The notes under the pieces are model-generated. The model was not told the origin of the DNA, did no database searches, and saw nothing but the letters and a program-made list of their open reading frames with translations. A stretch of 64,000 nucleotides of DNA from positions 64,001 to 128,000 of the forward strand of contig OY764159.1 in assembly GCA_963668175.1 (NCBI GenBank), given 5' to 3'. Source of the stretch: Syntrophales bacterium (GTDB lineage Bacteria; Desulfobacterota; Syntrophia; Syntrophales; PHBD01). Of the stretch, positions 41,606-50,859 are shown piece by piece (the stretch's first letter is position 1; the number at the start of each line of letters is the position of its first letter). Made by a program: the position numbers and the translations under genes.

Positions 41606-41634
41606 TTGAACTTCGCATACAATCAGGGTATAAA
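41606..41634 (+). promoter_or_regulatory. Putative sigma70 promoter of fixC
   Basis: TTGAAC-17 nt-TATAAA; a TTCAA-N7-TTGAA inverted repeat overlaps the -35. Confidence 0.45.
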
Positions 41635-41675
41635 TTTTCCGTATTTCCGTATTCTCGGACAAGGCAATCAATCGG

Positions 41676-42962
41676 ATGGAAAAATTTGACGTCATCATCG
41701 TCGGGGCCGGGCTGGCTGGACTGGCAGCTGCGTATACCCTCGCCGGAAACGATATGGAGGTTCTGGTTCTGGAGCGCGGCGACTATCCCGGCGCCAAGAA
41801 TGTCTCCGGCGGTCGTCTTTACGTCAACCCTGTCCGCGGTCTCTTTACGGAACTATGGGACCAGGCCCCCTTGGAACGCTTCATCGTGCACGAGGGGTTG
41901 ACCCTGTTGGCGGAAGAACGCTCCGTCACTTTGGATTATACGGGGAGCGAACTGCGGATGGCGCCCCATCAGAGTTACAGTGTGCTGCGCTCCAGATTTG
42001 ACCGATGGCTTGCAGATCAGGCCGAAGCCAAGGGGGCCATGCTGCTCACCAAGATAAGGGTTGACGAGTTGATCCGGGATAAAGGGATGGTTGCGGGCGT
42101 CCTGGCGGGCGGCGATGAATTGCGCGCCGACGTGGTCATCGCCTGCGACGGCGTCATGTCGTTGATTGCGGAACAGGCCGGGCTTCGCGGTCCCGGAGTG
42201 CCGAGCGATCACGCGGTGGCGGTTAAAGAAGTAATCGCGCTGGAGGCAGAACGGATCAACGACCGTTTCGGCGTCGCCGAAGGAGAAGGCACGGCGCGCC
42301 TGTATGTCGGAGATGTCACACGCGGCAAATTCGGCGGAGGGTTCCTCTATACCAACAAGGAAAGCATTAGCCTGGGCATCGTCATGGGTTTGAAGGACCT
42401 TCTCGAAGACCGCACAGTCAGCAATTTCCCGGCACTCATGGAACGATTCAAGAACCGTCCGGAAATCGCCTGCCTGATTAAAGGCGGATCGACCGTCGAA
42501 TATGCCGCCCATGTCATCCCCGAAGGAGGATTTGGCGGCTTGGGCCGTCTGTACGGGGACGGCATCATGGTTGCGGGAGATGCGGCCGGTCTGGCCCTGA
42601 ACATGGGCTTCACGGTCCGGGGCATGGAATACGCCCTGGCTTCCGGATATCACGCCGCCCGGACCGTTCTGAAGGCCAAACAGAGAGGCGGTTTCGACAA
42701 GGAAAGCCTTTCTTCCTATCAACAGACCCTCAAGGACAGCTTCGTTCTAAAGGATTTCGAAAATTTCCGCGAGGCACCCCATATCTTGGATAATCCCCGC
42801 ATTTTCAATCAATACCCCGAAATGATCGGCGATATACTCAAAAATCTATATGAAGTTCCCGGCGGCGCCAAGGAAAGGATATATCCCGCTCTGAGAAAGC
42901 GCCTGCCCTGGGGAGAAGTCTGGAAAATCGCGAAAGATGCAAGGACCATGACGAAGATATGA
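41676..42962 (+). CDS. fixC: FixC-type ETF:quinone oxidoreductase flavoprotein
   Basis: VGAGLAG, ERGDYPGAKNVSGGRLY, GGGFLYTNKESISLG, EYAAHVIPEGG, AGDAAG. Confidence 0.92.
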   Translation: MEKFDVIIVGAGLAGLAAAYTLAGNDMEVLVLERGDYPGAKNVSGGRLYVNPVRGLFTELWDQAPLERFIVHEGLTLLAEERSVTLDYTGSELRMAPHQSYSVLRSRFDRWLADQAEAKGAMLLTKIRVDELIRDKGMVAGVLAGGDELRADVVIACDGVMSLIAEQAGLRGPGVPSDHAVAVKEVIALEAERINDRFGVAEGEGTARLYVGDVTRGKFGGGFLYTNKESISLGIVMGLKDLLEDRTVSNFPALMERFKNRPEIACLIKGGSTVEYAAHVIPEGGFGGLGRLYGDGIMVAGDAAGLALNMGFTVRGMEYALASGYHAARTVLKAKQRGGFDKESLSSYQQTLKDSFVLKDFENFREAPHILDNPRIFNQYPEMIGDILKNLYEVPGGAKERIYPALRKRLPWGEVWKIAKDARTMTKI

Positions 42963-43243
42963 GCGACGGCACCGATTTGAAAGCAAAATTGGGACTCGAC
43001 GTATTCAAACCCTTGAACGAACCGCACATCAAAATCAAAAGCGGCCAAGAGAGGGATGAACGTCTTCAGGCGGCGGTCCGCATATGTCCGGCGGGGCTTT
43101 ACAGCCAAAACGATCAGGGGGATGTCGCTCTGACGACGGAGGGCTGTCTGGAATGCGGTACATGCCGTTTGCTATGCACAACGGACGTTTTGGAGTGGCG
43201 CTATCCCGAAGGCGGAACGGGTGTTCAGTTCCGCTTTGGTTAG
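42959..43243 (+). CDS. fixX: FixX ferredoxin-like protein
   Basis: CPAGLY, GCLECGTCRLLC, WRYPEGGTGVQFRFG. Confidence 0.93.
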   Translation: MSDGTDLKAKLGLDVFKPLNEPHIKIKSGQERDERLQAAVRICPAGLYSQNDQGDVALTTEGCLECGTCRLLCTTDVLEWRYPEGGTGVQFRFG

Positions 43244-43467
43244 CAGCAATGCCGCCTGGGTACGCACCCGGAGACAAGGGCAGAAAAGACGGACCCGGTG
43301 CCTGGTGGCGGCGTGATCCCAAGAACGGTAAACCAGGCTCGCCGTCAGGACGGCGGACGTCCATGATATTCATTTTTTCGTTTCACAAGTTTCCCGGAAG
43401 CTTGACGCCGGTGAGGCCATCGAGGTGACACCATGGCCGGGATAATAAGACCACAAGGAGGGATGAT

Positions 43468-44607
43468 ATGGATTTCAAACTGACCGAAGAACAAGAGTTG
43501 ATTCGCAAGAACATGCGGGAATTCGCGGAAAAGAACGTGGACCCTATTGCCGTGGAAATCGATGAAAACAGCCGTCATCCGGCCGAGCTGTTCAAGAAAC
43601 TGGCCGAAGGAGACTGGATGGGCATTCCCATTCCCCCGCAATACGGGGGGGCCGGGGCCGATTACCTGACCCACATCGTTGCGGTGGAAGAACTCTCCCG
43701 TTCCTGTGCATCCACGGGTTTTACCGTGTCCATTCACGTCGGCATCGCCTGTATGCTGGTTCTCCTTTACGGCAACGACGAACAGAAGAAGAAATTCCTC
43801 GTCCCGATGGCCAAAGGGCAGCATCTCGGGGCCTTCGTCCTTACAGAACCGGGCGCGGGAACGGACGTCATGTCGGCGACGACGACAGCCGTTCTCGACG
43901 GGAACGACTACGTCCTCAACGGGACAAAAACCTTCACCTCGAACGGTCCCACGGGCGATACGTATGCCGTCTTCGCCTGGACGGACAAGGCAGCGGGCCG
44001 AAAGGGCATGAGCGCTTTTATCATCCCCAAGGGAACTCCGGGCATGAAGCCGGGAGAGCATTTCAATAAAATGGGCCTCCGTTCGTCGCAGACGTCCGAA
44101 GTCTTCTTCAAGGATTGCCGGGTCCCGAAGGAATTCCTCCTGGGCAAGGAAGGAGCAGGGCTGGCCATGGCCATGACGGGTTTCGACCACGGCAGGGTGG
44201 GTATTGCCGCCCAATCGGTCGGCATCCTGCAGGCCGCCCTGGACGAATCCATCAAATACTCCAAGGAGCGCGTGCAGTTCGGAAATCCGATTTCCAGAAA
44301 TCAGGCCATCTCTTGGATGATCGCCAATATGGCGACGGACCTTGCCGCGGCTCGCTTCCTGACCTATCATGCCGCCTGGCTCAAGGACCAAAACCAGCCT
44401 TTCAGCAAGGAAGCGTCCATGGCCAAGCTTTTCGCCGCCGAGGCGGCCATGAGGCATACCATTAAAGCAGTGCAAATACACGGCGGCTACGGCTATGTCA
44501 AGGGCGCCAAGGTGGAGAGGCTGATGCGCGACGCCAAGATCACGGAAATCTACGAGGGGACCTCGGAAGCCCAGCGTATGGTCATTTCCGGCAACGTCCT
44601 GCGCTGA
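43468..44607 (+). CDS. Acyl-CoA dehydrogenase (butyryl-CoA dehydrogenase-like)
   Basis: MDFKLTEEQ, LTEPGAGTD, LNGTKTF, KMGLR, RVQFG, HGGYGY, IYEGTSEAQR. Confidence 0.93.
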   Translation: MDFKLTEEQELIRKNMREFAEKNVDPIAVEIDENSRHPAELFKKLAEGDWMGIPIPPQYGGAGADYLTHIVAVEELSRSCASTGFTVSIHVGIACMLVLLYGNDEQKKKFLVPMAKGQHLGAFVLTEPGAGTDVMSATTTAVLDGNDYVLNGTKTFTSNGPTGDTYAVFAWTDKAAGRKGMSAFIIPKGTPGMKPGEHFNKMGLRSSQTSEVFFKDCRVPKEFLLGKEGAGLAMAMTGFDHGRVGIAAQSVGILQAALDESIKYSKERVQFGNPISRNQAISWMIANMATDLAAARFLTYHAAWLKDQNQPFSKEASMAKLFAAEAAMRHTIKAVQIHGGYGYVKGAKVERLMRDAKITEIYEGTSEAQRMVISGNVLR

Positions 44608-44631
44608 TTCCGTTTTTCTAAAGTTTTGAAA

Positions 44632-44664
44632 CCGGGCACGGCACACGTCGTGTGCCGTGCCCGG
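44632..44664. repeat. Perfect 15-bp inverted repeat (REP-like hairpin)
   Basis: CCGGGCACGGCACAC-GTC-GTGTGCCGTGCCCGG, no U-tract. Confidence 0.7.
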
Positions 44665-44726
44665 ACCGTCTTCGGCGGTAAATATTGCGGTGCCGACCGT
44701 ATTCCGGCACCAAGAGGTGACAGATC

Positions 44727-45491
44727 ATGCCCAACTTCGTAACCTGCTTCAAATGGGTCGTCGATGAAGCCTACATCCGGCGGGGATCATCGGGAGCACT
44801 CGACTTCTCCTCCGTGGACTACAAGATCAGCGATTACGACCGCAACGCCATGGAGGAGGCCGTCCGTCTTCGCGAGGCACAGGGCGGTGCGGTTGTTGCC
44901 GTCACAGTCGGTACCCCGGAAGCAACCAAAGGCCTGAAAGATGCCCTTTCCCGGGGCGCGGACCAGGCATTCTTCATCGCCGATGCCGCTTTCCGCGATC
45001 TGGACCCGGGGCAGACGGCCGGAATTCTGGGGGAAATCATCCGTTCGCGGATTCCTTACGACCTCATTCTCTGCGGCGAGGGATCGAGCGACCTCTATGC
45101 CCAGCAGGTCGGTCCCGGACTGGCCGAATGCCTGGGGATTCCCAGCATATCCTTTGTACAAAAAATTCATTTGGACGGCCACCGCCTGACGGCAGAGCGC
45201 AAGGTTGAGGAGGGCGTCGAGATCGTCACCGTGGAACTTCCGGCCCTGGTGACGGTGCTCCCCGAGATCAATACTCCCAGGATTCCGGGCGTGAAAGACA
45301 CCCTCATGGCTTCAAAAAAACCGGTGACGACCATCCGCAAGGACGATCTTACGGAAGTCGGCGCATCCCGCCTGCGCACCACCGGTATGACAGCGGCAGG
45401 CATGGGACGCGATTCCGTCCGGTTCGGCACCGATGCCGGGGACATCGGACGCTTCGTCGAATCTTTACGAAAGAAAGGCGTCATCGCTTAA
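44727..45491 (+). CDS. etfB: Electron transfer flavoprotein beta subunit (FixA type)
   Basis: CFKWV, YDRNAMEEA, ALSRGAD, LILCGEGSSDLYAQQVG, INTPRIP. Confidence 0.92.
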   Translation: MPNFVTCFKWVVDEAYIRRGSSGALDFSSVDYKISDYDRNAMEEAVRLREAQGGAVVAVTVGTPEATKGLKDALSRGADQAFFIADAAFRDLDPGQTAGILGEIIRSRIPYDLILCGEGSSDLYAQQVGPGLAECLGIPSISFVQKIHLDGHRLTAERKVEEGVEIVTVELPALVTVLPEINTPRIPGVKDTLMASKKPVTTIRKDDLTEVGASRLRTTGMTAAGMGRDSVRFGTDAGDIGRFVESLRKKGVIA

Positions 45492-45504
45492 AAGGGGTTA
45501 ATAT

Positions 45505-46455
45505 ATGGCTGGAGTTTGGATTATAGCGGAAACGAAGGAACAGGCGCAGGCGCTGCTCGGCATCGGCAAGGTCACAGCGGCCGCGATGGCAACGGCGGTG
45601 ACCGTGTTGCTTCCTAAAGATCGAGGAGCATCCTCGGATTTTTTCTCTCTTGGGGCGGACCAGGTATTCTTTTTGCCCATCCTTCCCCAAGACCAATCCT
45701 TCGACGCCTATCTCCCCGTCATGGCGGCCGAGGCGAAGAATGAAGACCCGGATCTCATCCTGGTTGCCGCAACGGCCAGAGGCAGGGACCTGGCCGCTCG
45801 ACTTGCGGCCAGGCTGGATACCGGTCTTTGCAGTGCCTGCATCGGCATGCATTACGACAGCTCAAGCAAGACCCTGGAAATGGAGCGCCTGGCTTACGGA
45901 GGAGCCGCCATTCAGAAAGTCGCCTGCACGACCCGTCCTTTTATCGCAACAATCACGCCCGGCACCTTTGAGGCGGCGAAGCCGGCAGAACCCAGGGAAG
46001 GCGCCGTAAAGGAACTGCCCGCACCGCCTCCTTCGGCGGTCAAAATCGCGGGAATAAAGGCCAAGGAACGGACAGGCCGGGATATCGCGGCAGCGAAGGT
46101 CGTGGTTTGCGTCGGCAGGGGCCTGCAAAAAGAGGAAGACCTCGCTCTGGCCAGGGAGCTGGCGGAATTGCTGGAGGGCGAAATCGGATGCACCCGGCCG
46201 ATCTCGGAAGAGATGCATTGGCTTCCGGAAGACCTCTGCATCGGGCTGTCCGGCATTCAGGTCAAACCCGACCTCTATATCGGACTGGGCGTCTCCGGTC
46301 AGATCCAGCATGTCACCGGTATACGCAATGCAAAAGTCATCTGCGCCGTCAATCAGGATGAGCACGCCCCGATCTTCGACGCCGCCGATTTCGGTATTGT
46401 CGGCGATCTCTACGATATTGTCCCGAAACTTATTGCCGAGTTGAGGAAACGCTGA
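45505..46455 (+). CDS. etfA: Electron transfer flavoprotein alpha subunit (FixB type)
   Basis: LAARLAARL, RLAYGG, VGRG, GVSGQIQH, APIFDAADFGIVGD. Confidence 0.93.
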   Translation: MAGVWIIAETKEQAQALLGIGKVTAAAMATAVTVLLPKDRGASSDFFSLGADQVFFLPILPQDQSFDAYLPVMAAEAKNEDPDLILVAATARGRDLAARLAARLDTGLCSACIGMHYDSSSKTLEMERLAYGGAAIQKVACTTRPFIATITPGTFEAAKPAEPREGAVKELPAPPPSAVKIAGIKAKERTGRDIAAAKVVVCVGRGLQKEEDLALARELAELLEGEIGCTRPISEEMHWLPEDLCIGLSGIQVKPDLYIGLGVSGQIQHVTGIRNAKVICAVNQDEHAPIFDAADFGIVGDLYDIVPKLIAELRKR

Positions 46456-46587
46456 AAGGACAGGCGGTCTTCATAACCGATCAATAGATGTATTCGTTTT
46501 ATATGGGGATGTTTCGAACGGCGGATGATACGGGATCGAAATCCGGTCAGGGTGCAGCCTGAATTCCAGAGATAATACCGTATGATT

Positions 46588-46631
46588 CGAGGCTGCGATA
46601 AGCAGCTCGCAAGGGCTTCTTTGCAGCCTCG
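46588..46631. terminator. Hairpin between etfA and the convergent small ORF
   Basis: CGAGGCTGCGA...TTGCAGCCTCG followed by TTCTCTATTT on the plus strand. Confidence 0.5.
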
Positions 46632-46635
46632 TTCT

Positions 46636-46824
46636 CTATTTCTGCCGGAAGACGGAAGCAGTCGACTCCATCGCCGCAGCAACAGCGAACTGCGCACAGG
46701 ATACGCCGAAACCCGTACACGCCGCCTGCGCATTCACCGCCACATCAATAACCCTTGCCGTCTTTGCCTCCGGCAGGGGCTGCTCCAACCTATCCAGGAA
46801 GCTGTCGAAATCACTCAACACCAT
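46636..46824 (-). CDS. Small hypothetical protein (62 aa)
   Basis: Strong GAGGGAGGGG ribosome binding site before the ATG; structured leader; no recognisable family. Confidence 0.55.
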   Translation of the reverse strand: MVLSDFDSFLDRLEQPLPEAKTARVIDVAVNAQAACTGFGVSCAQFAVAAAMESTASVFRQK

Positions 46825-46964
46825 CCGCCCCTCCCTCTAACATTGCATCACATTTTATTTAAGAGGAGGGGTGTCCCCCAACACAGCCCTCCCGCATGCC
46901 GATTTCTGCGTATAACAAGTTTACGTGTTCGTCAATGGATTTTTCAAAGACGGTTTTCTTTCGA

Positions 46965-47639
46965 TTATGAAACCCGGAAGCGATACTCCAGAATCGCCTT
47001 GAGATTCGCCGTTTCGATACGGTGAATGGCATCGAAATAGGGCCAGATGTCTCCTACCCACTTACGGTCCGTGCGATCGCGCCCGGTGGAGATATATTCC
47101 GGAACGTTCGTCACGCTCCGATCATAATAGGGATGCTTGCAGTTGGTCCATAACATGACGGTGCCCGGCTTGCGGAGCGTCGGCATGGCATCGAGAAAAC
47201 GAAAATGATACCTCATCCAGAGTTCCTCGCCCTGATCCCAGGCGCAGGGATAATCGACGACACGGCTGTCGGGATAGGCCTCTGCCCGTATGTAGATGGG
47301 GGTGTCCTTGCCGAGGAATTCCTCACCCTTGTACAGGCCGCCGCCGATGTGCTTAAAACGGCGCAGACTGAACGTCCACTCCTCCAAGCTGTAAACGTTC
47401 GCTGCGTATTCGAAGGCCATATCGACCGGGCATTGAATATACTCGCCGATGTGGCTGTACTTGCCGAAGATTTCCTCGTGCTGGTAAGATTCTTTCGTCA
47501 GCTCCTGAAGCTTCGCCGATATATCGGGAATGCCATGGTCTTCACAGGAATAAAGACCGGGGATATCTCTCGAAGCGATGCCATTGGTAACAAGAGCATC
47601 TCGGCTCCACGGCCCCAAACTGTCGCGCGTCTTTTCCAT
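46965..47639 (-). CDS. SRPBCC-fold cyclase, NzsI/CqsB2 carbazole synthase-like
   Basis: LEEWTFS, VDYPCAWDQGEELWM, WTNCKHPYYD, WVGDIW, NLKAILEYR; AAGGAGG ribosome binding site. Confidence 0.82.
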   Translation of the reverse strand: MEKTRDSLGPWSRDALVTNGIASRDIPGLYSCEDHGIPDISAKLQELTKESYQHEEIFGKYSHIGEYIQCPVDMAFEYAANVYSLEEWTFSLRRFKHIGGGLYKGEEFLGKDTPIYIRAEAYPDSRVVDYPCAWDQGEELWMRYHFRFLDAMPTLRKPGTVMLWTNCKHPYYDRSVTNVPEYISTGRDRTDRKWVGDIWPYFDAIHRIETANLKAILEYRFRVS

Positions 47640-47709
47640 GATTCCTCCTTAAAATCCATACAATGTAAATTTATTAAGATCGCCGATGCGATTTTTCCGT
47701 TTACAACGC

Positions 47710-48711
47710 CTATATCCATCGTATTGCCAGGGCACTCACGAAGTCCCCGCCATTGGAGAAGGTCCCCATGGCAATCCGGTCGCCATGATGTACTTTACCC
47801 TTTTCCAGGGCATCGGCCAGGGTGACGGGCAGAGAACCCTGGAAGAGATTCCCGTATTGCTCAAGCGTATCATGAACGCGGGGGGCATCGATACCTATCC
47901 GATCCCGCCATTCCCTGATAAAATGCGTATTGGGCTGATGCGTCAAGAGCAGTGCTATATCGTCGGCCGACAGGCCGGCCCCGGCAAGACAGTTTTTAAC
48001 AGCCTGTGGGACAAGCTCCAGGGCGTTTTTGCCGATCGTCTGCACCAGTTCGGCCGAGAAATGTACCATGATCGGGCCGGAACCCCTTTCCCAGTAATTC
48101 AAAGAGGCGGCCTGAACACTGTCGGGCTCAAATACGAAGAGGCCGTAATTTTCGCCGCAGGAGCGCTCGTAACTGCCAAGAAAGCTCGATTCCCCTTTAG
48201 ACAGAAGCGTGGCGGACGCCCCATCGCCTAGGACCCAGGATAATCTCGATTTTTGAAATTCGGGAAGCCTGGAGATGAAATTGGTCACGGTTACAACCGC
48301 CACCGTCCTGTAAAGGCCCGCTTCGATGAACGCCCGAGCCGTATTGAGCATGGACAGATACGAACTGCAACCGGTATCGATATTGATGACGGATGCCCCC
48401 TTTGCACCTACCCGGTGCTGGATGGCGGGTCCGATGCTGGGCCAGAGATAGTCGCTGAAGATGCAGGAATAGAGGATCAGGTCGACATCTTGCGGACCGG
48501 TGCCGGTGCGGTCAAGAAGGCGTTCAAGCACCCTGGCCCCCAGGTCTGATGAAAGGTATTCCGGCGAAGCAAAGCGTCTCTGCAAGACGCCCTTAAAAAA
48601 AAGATCGTTGTCCAGTTCGCCGCCATTTTCGACATTCGATACCAGTTTTTCGTTATCGACAATGCGCTCCGGCATGAAATTGACAACGTCGATGATTTGC
48701 GCACCTTTCAT
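47710..48711 (-). CDS. FabH-like ketosynthase III (NzsJ/CqsB1-like)
   Basis: Cys-His-Asn triad (DTGCSSY, THQPN, YGNLF), GDGA. Confidence 0.88.
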   Translation of the reverse strand: MKGAQIIDVVNFMPERIVDNEKLVSNVENGGELDNDLFFKGVLQRRFASPEYLSSDLGARVLERLLDRTGTGPQDVDLILYSCIFSDYLWPSIGPAIQHRVGAKGASVINIDTGCSSYLSMLNTARAFIEAGLYRTVAVVTVTNFISRLPEFQKSRLSWVLGDGASATLLSKGESSFLGSYERSCGENYGLFVFEPDSVQAASLNYWERGSGPIMVHFSAELVQTIGKNALELVPQAVKNCLAGAGLSADDIALLLTHQPNTHFIREWRDRIGIDAPRVHDTLEQYGNLFQGSLPVTLADALEKGKVHHGDRIAMGTFSNGGDFVSALAIRWI

Positions 48712-48840
48712 GACTTGGATCCTTCATCATCCTCCGACGGATACTGTCCTGCCCCCCTCAAGGGCGATATTCACGTATTGGAAGGGGCAATAATTCCGGT
48801 TATTTATATCGGCCGAAGCAGACAGCCGAATCTCTTCGCA

Positions 48841-50580
48841 TCACAGAGGCTCCGTTTCCGGATCATCCGGCAGAAACGGCGTAAAGGGCGGCATTTCTTC
48901 GCAGGACAACCTCAGTTCCAGAACGCCCGGTATGGCGGTGTTTTCGTGATAGCTCTTAAGTTCCCTGCGCAGTTCGGACAGAGTTCCCGCACTGCCGACC
49001 CAGAGCCTCCCGGCATCGCCGAATCCTCTGACGGTCTGGGCGATATCTACCGGCGCATAGCGGACACACTCCAGTCTCGATTCGAAAAACAACTGCTGAC
49101 GCAGCGCACACATCCCGTGCATACCGTTGTTGAAAATAACATAGAGAATCGGGAGCCTGTATTCCACAGCCGTATGGATTTCAAAACCGGATATGAGAAA
49201 AGCGCCGTCACCTGCAAAAACGATGGTCCTGGCCCCTCGATCCGAACCCATCTGGGCGCCGACAGCGGCCGCGATGGCGTAACCCATCCCTCCCATGCCC
49301 AGGGCAATGATCGAACTGGCCCCGGACGGCAGCCGGGTCATGTGTATCGCCGCCGTGGCGCAGTTTCCCGCATCATGGATCAGATGACCGTTCACCGGCA
49401 GGTAATCCTGCAGACACCTGATCGCCTCGCTTTGCTTAAGCGGCGGCGAGTCGGCTGCAGCATGACGGTTATTTACATCAGGGGACGGGACAGGAAGAGG
49501 CTTGAATATCCGTCGTGTGTAGCCGGCAATCGGTTTGACTTTCAGTGGCGTTCGCTCCTGCAGCATGGATAGGACCTGAAAGACTTCACCCGCGTCGGCT
49601 TCAATGGCGATATCGGGAGTGGTGATCCGAGCGATTTGACCGATATCGACATTGACAACGGCGATTCTCTTTTTTTTAAGAACGACGCCGAGAGGCTGCC
49701 GTGTCATGAAATTGAGGCCCGATCCGACGACGACGAGCAGGTCCGCTCGCTCTTTCAAATAGGCATGAACGGACGGATGTCCGGCGACGCCCAGACTGCC
49801 CAGATAGAGAGGATCGTCGTTGGCGAATTCGGCGCGTCCGGAAAGGGTCGTCACCACGGGTAATCCGGCTGCCCGGGCGAAATCGGCCACGGCCTGCGGC
49901 TTGCTGCAGCGTCTCACCCCTTGACCGAAAACGATGACAGGATTTGCGGCCCGGCCGATTTCATCAAAGAGAGGGCGAACGGTCTCTTCCGACAACTTCG
50001 CCGGACGGACTTCGCCGCTCAGTTTTTCAACCCACCCGTCGGGGACGGGATCGACTTCCTTATCGAAGATATCGCGCGGCAGGAGTAAGGCCGCAGGCCC
50101 CGGCCGTCCGGAAAGAGCGGCCTTAACGGCCTCGGTCATGTGGCTCCAGAAGGATGCCGGATTCGATATTCTGGCCGTGTACTTGGTCACGGAACGCCAT
50201 AGCCCCAGGCTGTCTACCGATCGTCCGACCCCGGAAGACTCCTGGAACGAACCGGTTCCGTCCAATGCTGACGGAGGCTGCCCGATCAATGCCAGGATGG
50301 GAACCGACTCTGCATAGGACTCGGCAACGCCGGCAATGAGGTTCATCATGCCGCCGCCCGACGTCGAGCAACAGACGCCCAATGTCCTGTGCACCCGCGC
50401 GCGGCAGTCGGCCATGAACCCCGCCCCGTCTTCGCTTTTGGCCATGACGGACTTCAGTCTCCCTTGTCCCAGCCGGTGGATGGCGTCATGGAGATGTTCG
50501 ATGTTCGCGCCGCTGACGCCAAACACGTATCTCACATCCAGGGCAATTAAGGCTTCGACCAGAGCGTCACTCAGCATCAT
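48841..50580 (-). CDS. ThDP-dependent carboligase (acetolactate synthase superfamily, NzsH/CqsB3/ScyA-like)
   Basis: FGVSGANIE, SEDGAGFMAD, TSGGGMMN, FQES, GMGGMGY, GDGAF...FNNGMHGMC. Confidence 0.88.
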   Translation of the reverse strand: MMLSDALVEALIALDVRYVFGVSGANIEHLHDAIHRLGQGRLKSVMAKSEDGAGFMADCRARVHRTLGVCCSTSGGGMMNLIAGVAESYAESVPILALIGQPPSALDGTGSFQESSGVGRSVDSLGLWRSVTKYTARISNPASFWSHMTEAVKAALSGRPGPAALLLPRDIFDKEVDPVPDGWVEKLSGEVRPAKLSEETVRPLFDEIGRAANPVIVFGQGVRRCSKPQAVADFARAAGLPVVTTLSGRAEFANDDPLYLGSLGVAGHPSVHAYLKERADLLVVVGSGLNFMTRQPLGVVLKKKRIAVVNVDIGQIARITTPDIAIEADAGEVFQVLSMLQERTPLKVKPIAGYTRRIFKPLPVPSPDVNNRHAAADSPPLKQSEAIRCLQDYLPVNGHLIHDAGNCATAAIHMTRLPSGASSIIALGMGGMGYAIAAAVGAQMGSDRGARTIVFAGDGAFLISGFEIHTAVEYRLPILYVIFNNGMHGMCALRQQLFFESRLECVRYAPVDIAQTVRGFGDAGRLWVGSAGTLSELRRELKSYHENTAIPGVLELRLSCEEMPPFTPFLPDDPETEPL

Positions 50581-50752
50581 AGGGTATCAGGTAAATTCCT
50601 CCCCCTGCTCACCGGGCAACTCGCCCGGATTTCTTGCTGCGTCTTTTCCGGCACCAGTGTCCCGCCGGAAAACAAAAAATCACCTCGCCCCCGATTCTGT
50701 CCGTGGGTGCCCATTTATTCAACATTATTCATTAAATTTTCACTGCCGCGGC

Positions 50753-50781
50753 AGTATATGGGGTGCCGTTCCGTGTGTCAA
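50753..50781 (-). promoter_or_regulatory. Sigma70 promoter of the ThDP/KSIII/SRPBCC cassette
   Basis: TTGACA-17 nt-TATACT; palindrome ACTGCCGCGGCAGT (50742-50755) overlaps the -10/+1 region. Confidence 0.72.
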
Positions 50782-50859
50782 CCATTTTCAACGGTGGGAT
50801 GTTTTGCAGATAAAGCACTTTAAGCGAAAACCGGATGATTTTATGAACCTTCCGGAAAG

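Noticed and set aside
46636..46824. The small ORF as the missing acyl carrier protein of the cassette (DFDSFL)
   Set aside because: The DS motif is too close to the N-terminus and the protein does not fit the four-helix ACP pattern.
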